Origin: Octopus vulgaris
Taxonomy: Eukaryota
Direction of reading: 5' to 3'
Assembly: GCA_951406725.2 (NCBI GenBank)
Contig: OX597818.1
Coordinates: 136,338,001 to 136,402,000 of the forward strand
DNA length: 64,000 nucleotides
Below, one piece after another: positions 62,525 through 64,000 of the stretch. The notes beneath the pieces were generated by a model. That model saw nothing but the letters and a program-made list of their open reading frames with translations, was not told where the DNA came from and made no database searches. The position numbers were made by a program, and so were the translations under genes. The stretch's first letter is position 1, and every line of letters begins with the position of its first letter.

Positions 62525-64000
62525 ATCACCGGAACTTTCAATGAGCTTTTCGACCAAACTTACCGGGACCTGGGAAATCCCGGAACTTTCCATGAGCTTT
62601 TCGACCACTTTTACCGGGAGCTGGGAAATGCCCGGAACTTTCCATGAGCTTTTCGACAAAATTTACCGGGATCTGGGAAATCCCCGGAACTTTCCATGAG
62701 CTTTTCGACGGAATTTACCGGGACCTAAGAAATCCCCGGAACTTTCCATGAGCTTTTCGACGAAATTGACCGGGAGCTGGGAAATTCCCGCAACTTCCCA
62801 TGAGCTTTTCGACCAAACTTCCCGGGAGCTGGAAAATCCCCGGAACTTTCCATGAGGTTTTGGACTAAATTTACCGGGAGCTGGGAAATCCCCGGAACTT
62901 TCCATGAGCTTTTCGACCACTTTTAACGGGACCTGGGAAATCCCCGGAACTTTCCATGAGCTTTCCGACCAAATTTACCGGGATCTGGAAACCCCCGGAA
63001 CTTTCCATGAGCTTTTCGACGAAATCTACCGGAACCTGGGAAATCCCCGGAACTTTCCATGAGCTTTTCGACGAAATTTACCGGGACCAGGAAATCCCCA
63101 GAACTTTCCATGAGCTTTTCGACGAAATCTACCGGAACCTGGGAAATCCCCGGAACTTTCCATGAGCTTTTCGACGAAATTTACCGGGACCAGGAAATCC
63201 CAGAACTTTCCATGAGCTTTTCGACCAAATTTACCGGGAGCTGGGAAATCCCCGGAACTTTCCATGAGCTTTTCGACCACTTTTAACGGGACCTGGGAAA
63301 TCCCCGGAACTTTCCATGAGCTTTTTTCCAAATTTACCGGGATATGGGAAATCCCCGGAACTTTCCATGAGCTTTTCGAAGAAATTTACCGGGACCTGGG
63401 AAATCCCCGCAACTTTCCATGAGCTTTTCGACGAAATTTAACGGGACCTGGGAAATCCCCGGAACATCCCATGAGCTTTTCGACCAAACTTCCCGGGAGC
63501 AGGCAAATCCCCGGAACTTTCAATGAGCTTTTCGACCAAACTTCCCGGGACCTGGGAAATCCCCGGAAGTTTCCATGAGCTTTTCGACCACTTTTAACGG
63601 GACCTGGGAAATCCCCGGAACTTTCCATGAGCTTTTCGACCAAATTTACCGAGATCTGGGAAATCACCTGAACTTTCCATGAGCTTTTCGACGAAATTTA
63701 CCGGGACCAGGGAAATCCCCGGAACTTTTTATATGAGGTTTTCGACCAAATTTACCGGGATCTGGGAAATCCCCGGAACTCTCCATGAGCTTTTCGACCA
63801 AATTTACCGGGAGCTGGGAAATCCCCGGAACTTTTCATGAGCTTTTCGACCAAACTTACCGGGACCTGGGAAATCCCCGGTACTTTCCATGAGCTTTTCG
63901 ACAAAATTTACCGGGAGCTGGGGAATCCCCGGTACTATCCATGAGGTTTTCGATCAAATTTACCGGGAACTGGGGAATCCCCGGACTTTCCATGAGGTTT
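62525..64000 (-). repeat. 52-bp satellite, inverted block (about 28 monomers, runs off the window)
   Basis: Monomers read gagcttttcgaccaaatttaccgggacctgggaaatccccggaactttccat; colinear in reverse with about 54220-55697. Confidence 0.95.

Noticed and set aside
50522-63667. Many repetitive ORFs (MESSGDFPGPGKFGRKAHGK...)
   Set aside because: These are three-frame read-throughs of the 52-bp monomer, with a stop about every three monomers.

Overview
AT-rich, repeat-dominated eukaryotic DNA. The SINE, RTE-LINE and microsatellite make-up strongly resembles an Octopus (cephalopod) genome, which is an inference and not a database match. No host protein-coding exon could be supported; nearly all listed ORFs are translations of (TA)/(TG)/(CCA) repeats, SINEs or satellite DNA. 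Main content: dozens of tRNA-derived SINEs from at least four families; a 5'-truncated RTE-clade LINE (41686-44428) whose reverse transcriptase carries an inserted C4HC3 PHD-type finger, plus many 3' fragments of it; BovB-like, other RTE-like and CR1-like LINE fragments; an internally deleted mariner; a non-autonomous Helitron; hAT-like and piggyBac-like MITEs; and Penelope-like termini carrying minimal hammerhead-ribozyme motifs. There are two satellites. One is a young 144-bp array (13 full units) built from the RTE 3' tail. The other is a 52-bp CpG-rich satellite of about 200 monomers with an NF-kB-consensus site in most monomers, kb-scale internal duplications and a strand inversion at about 62525. 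A U6 snRNA pseudogene sits exactly at the left border of the 52-bp satellite.
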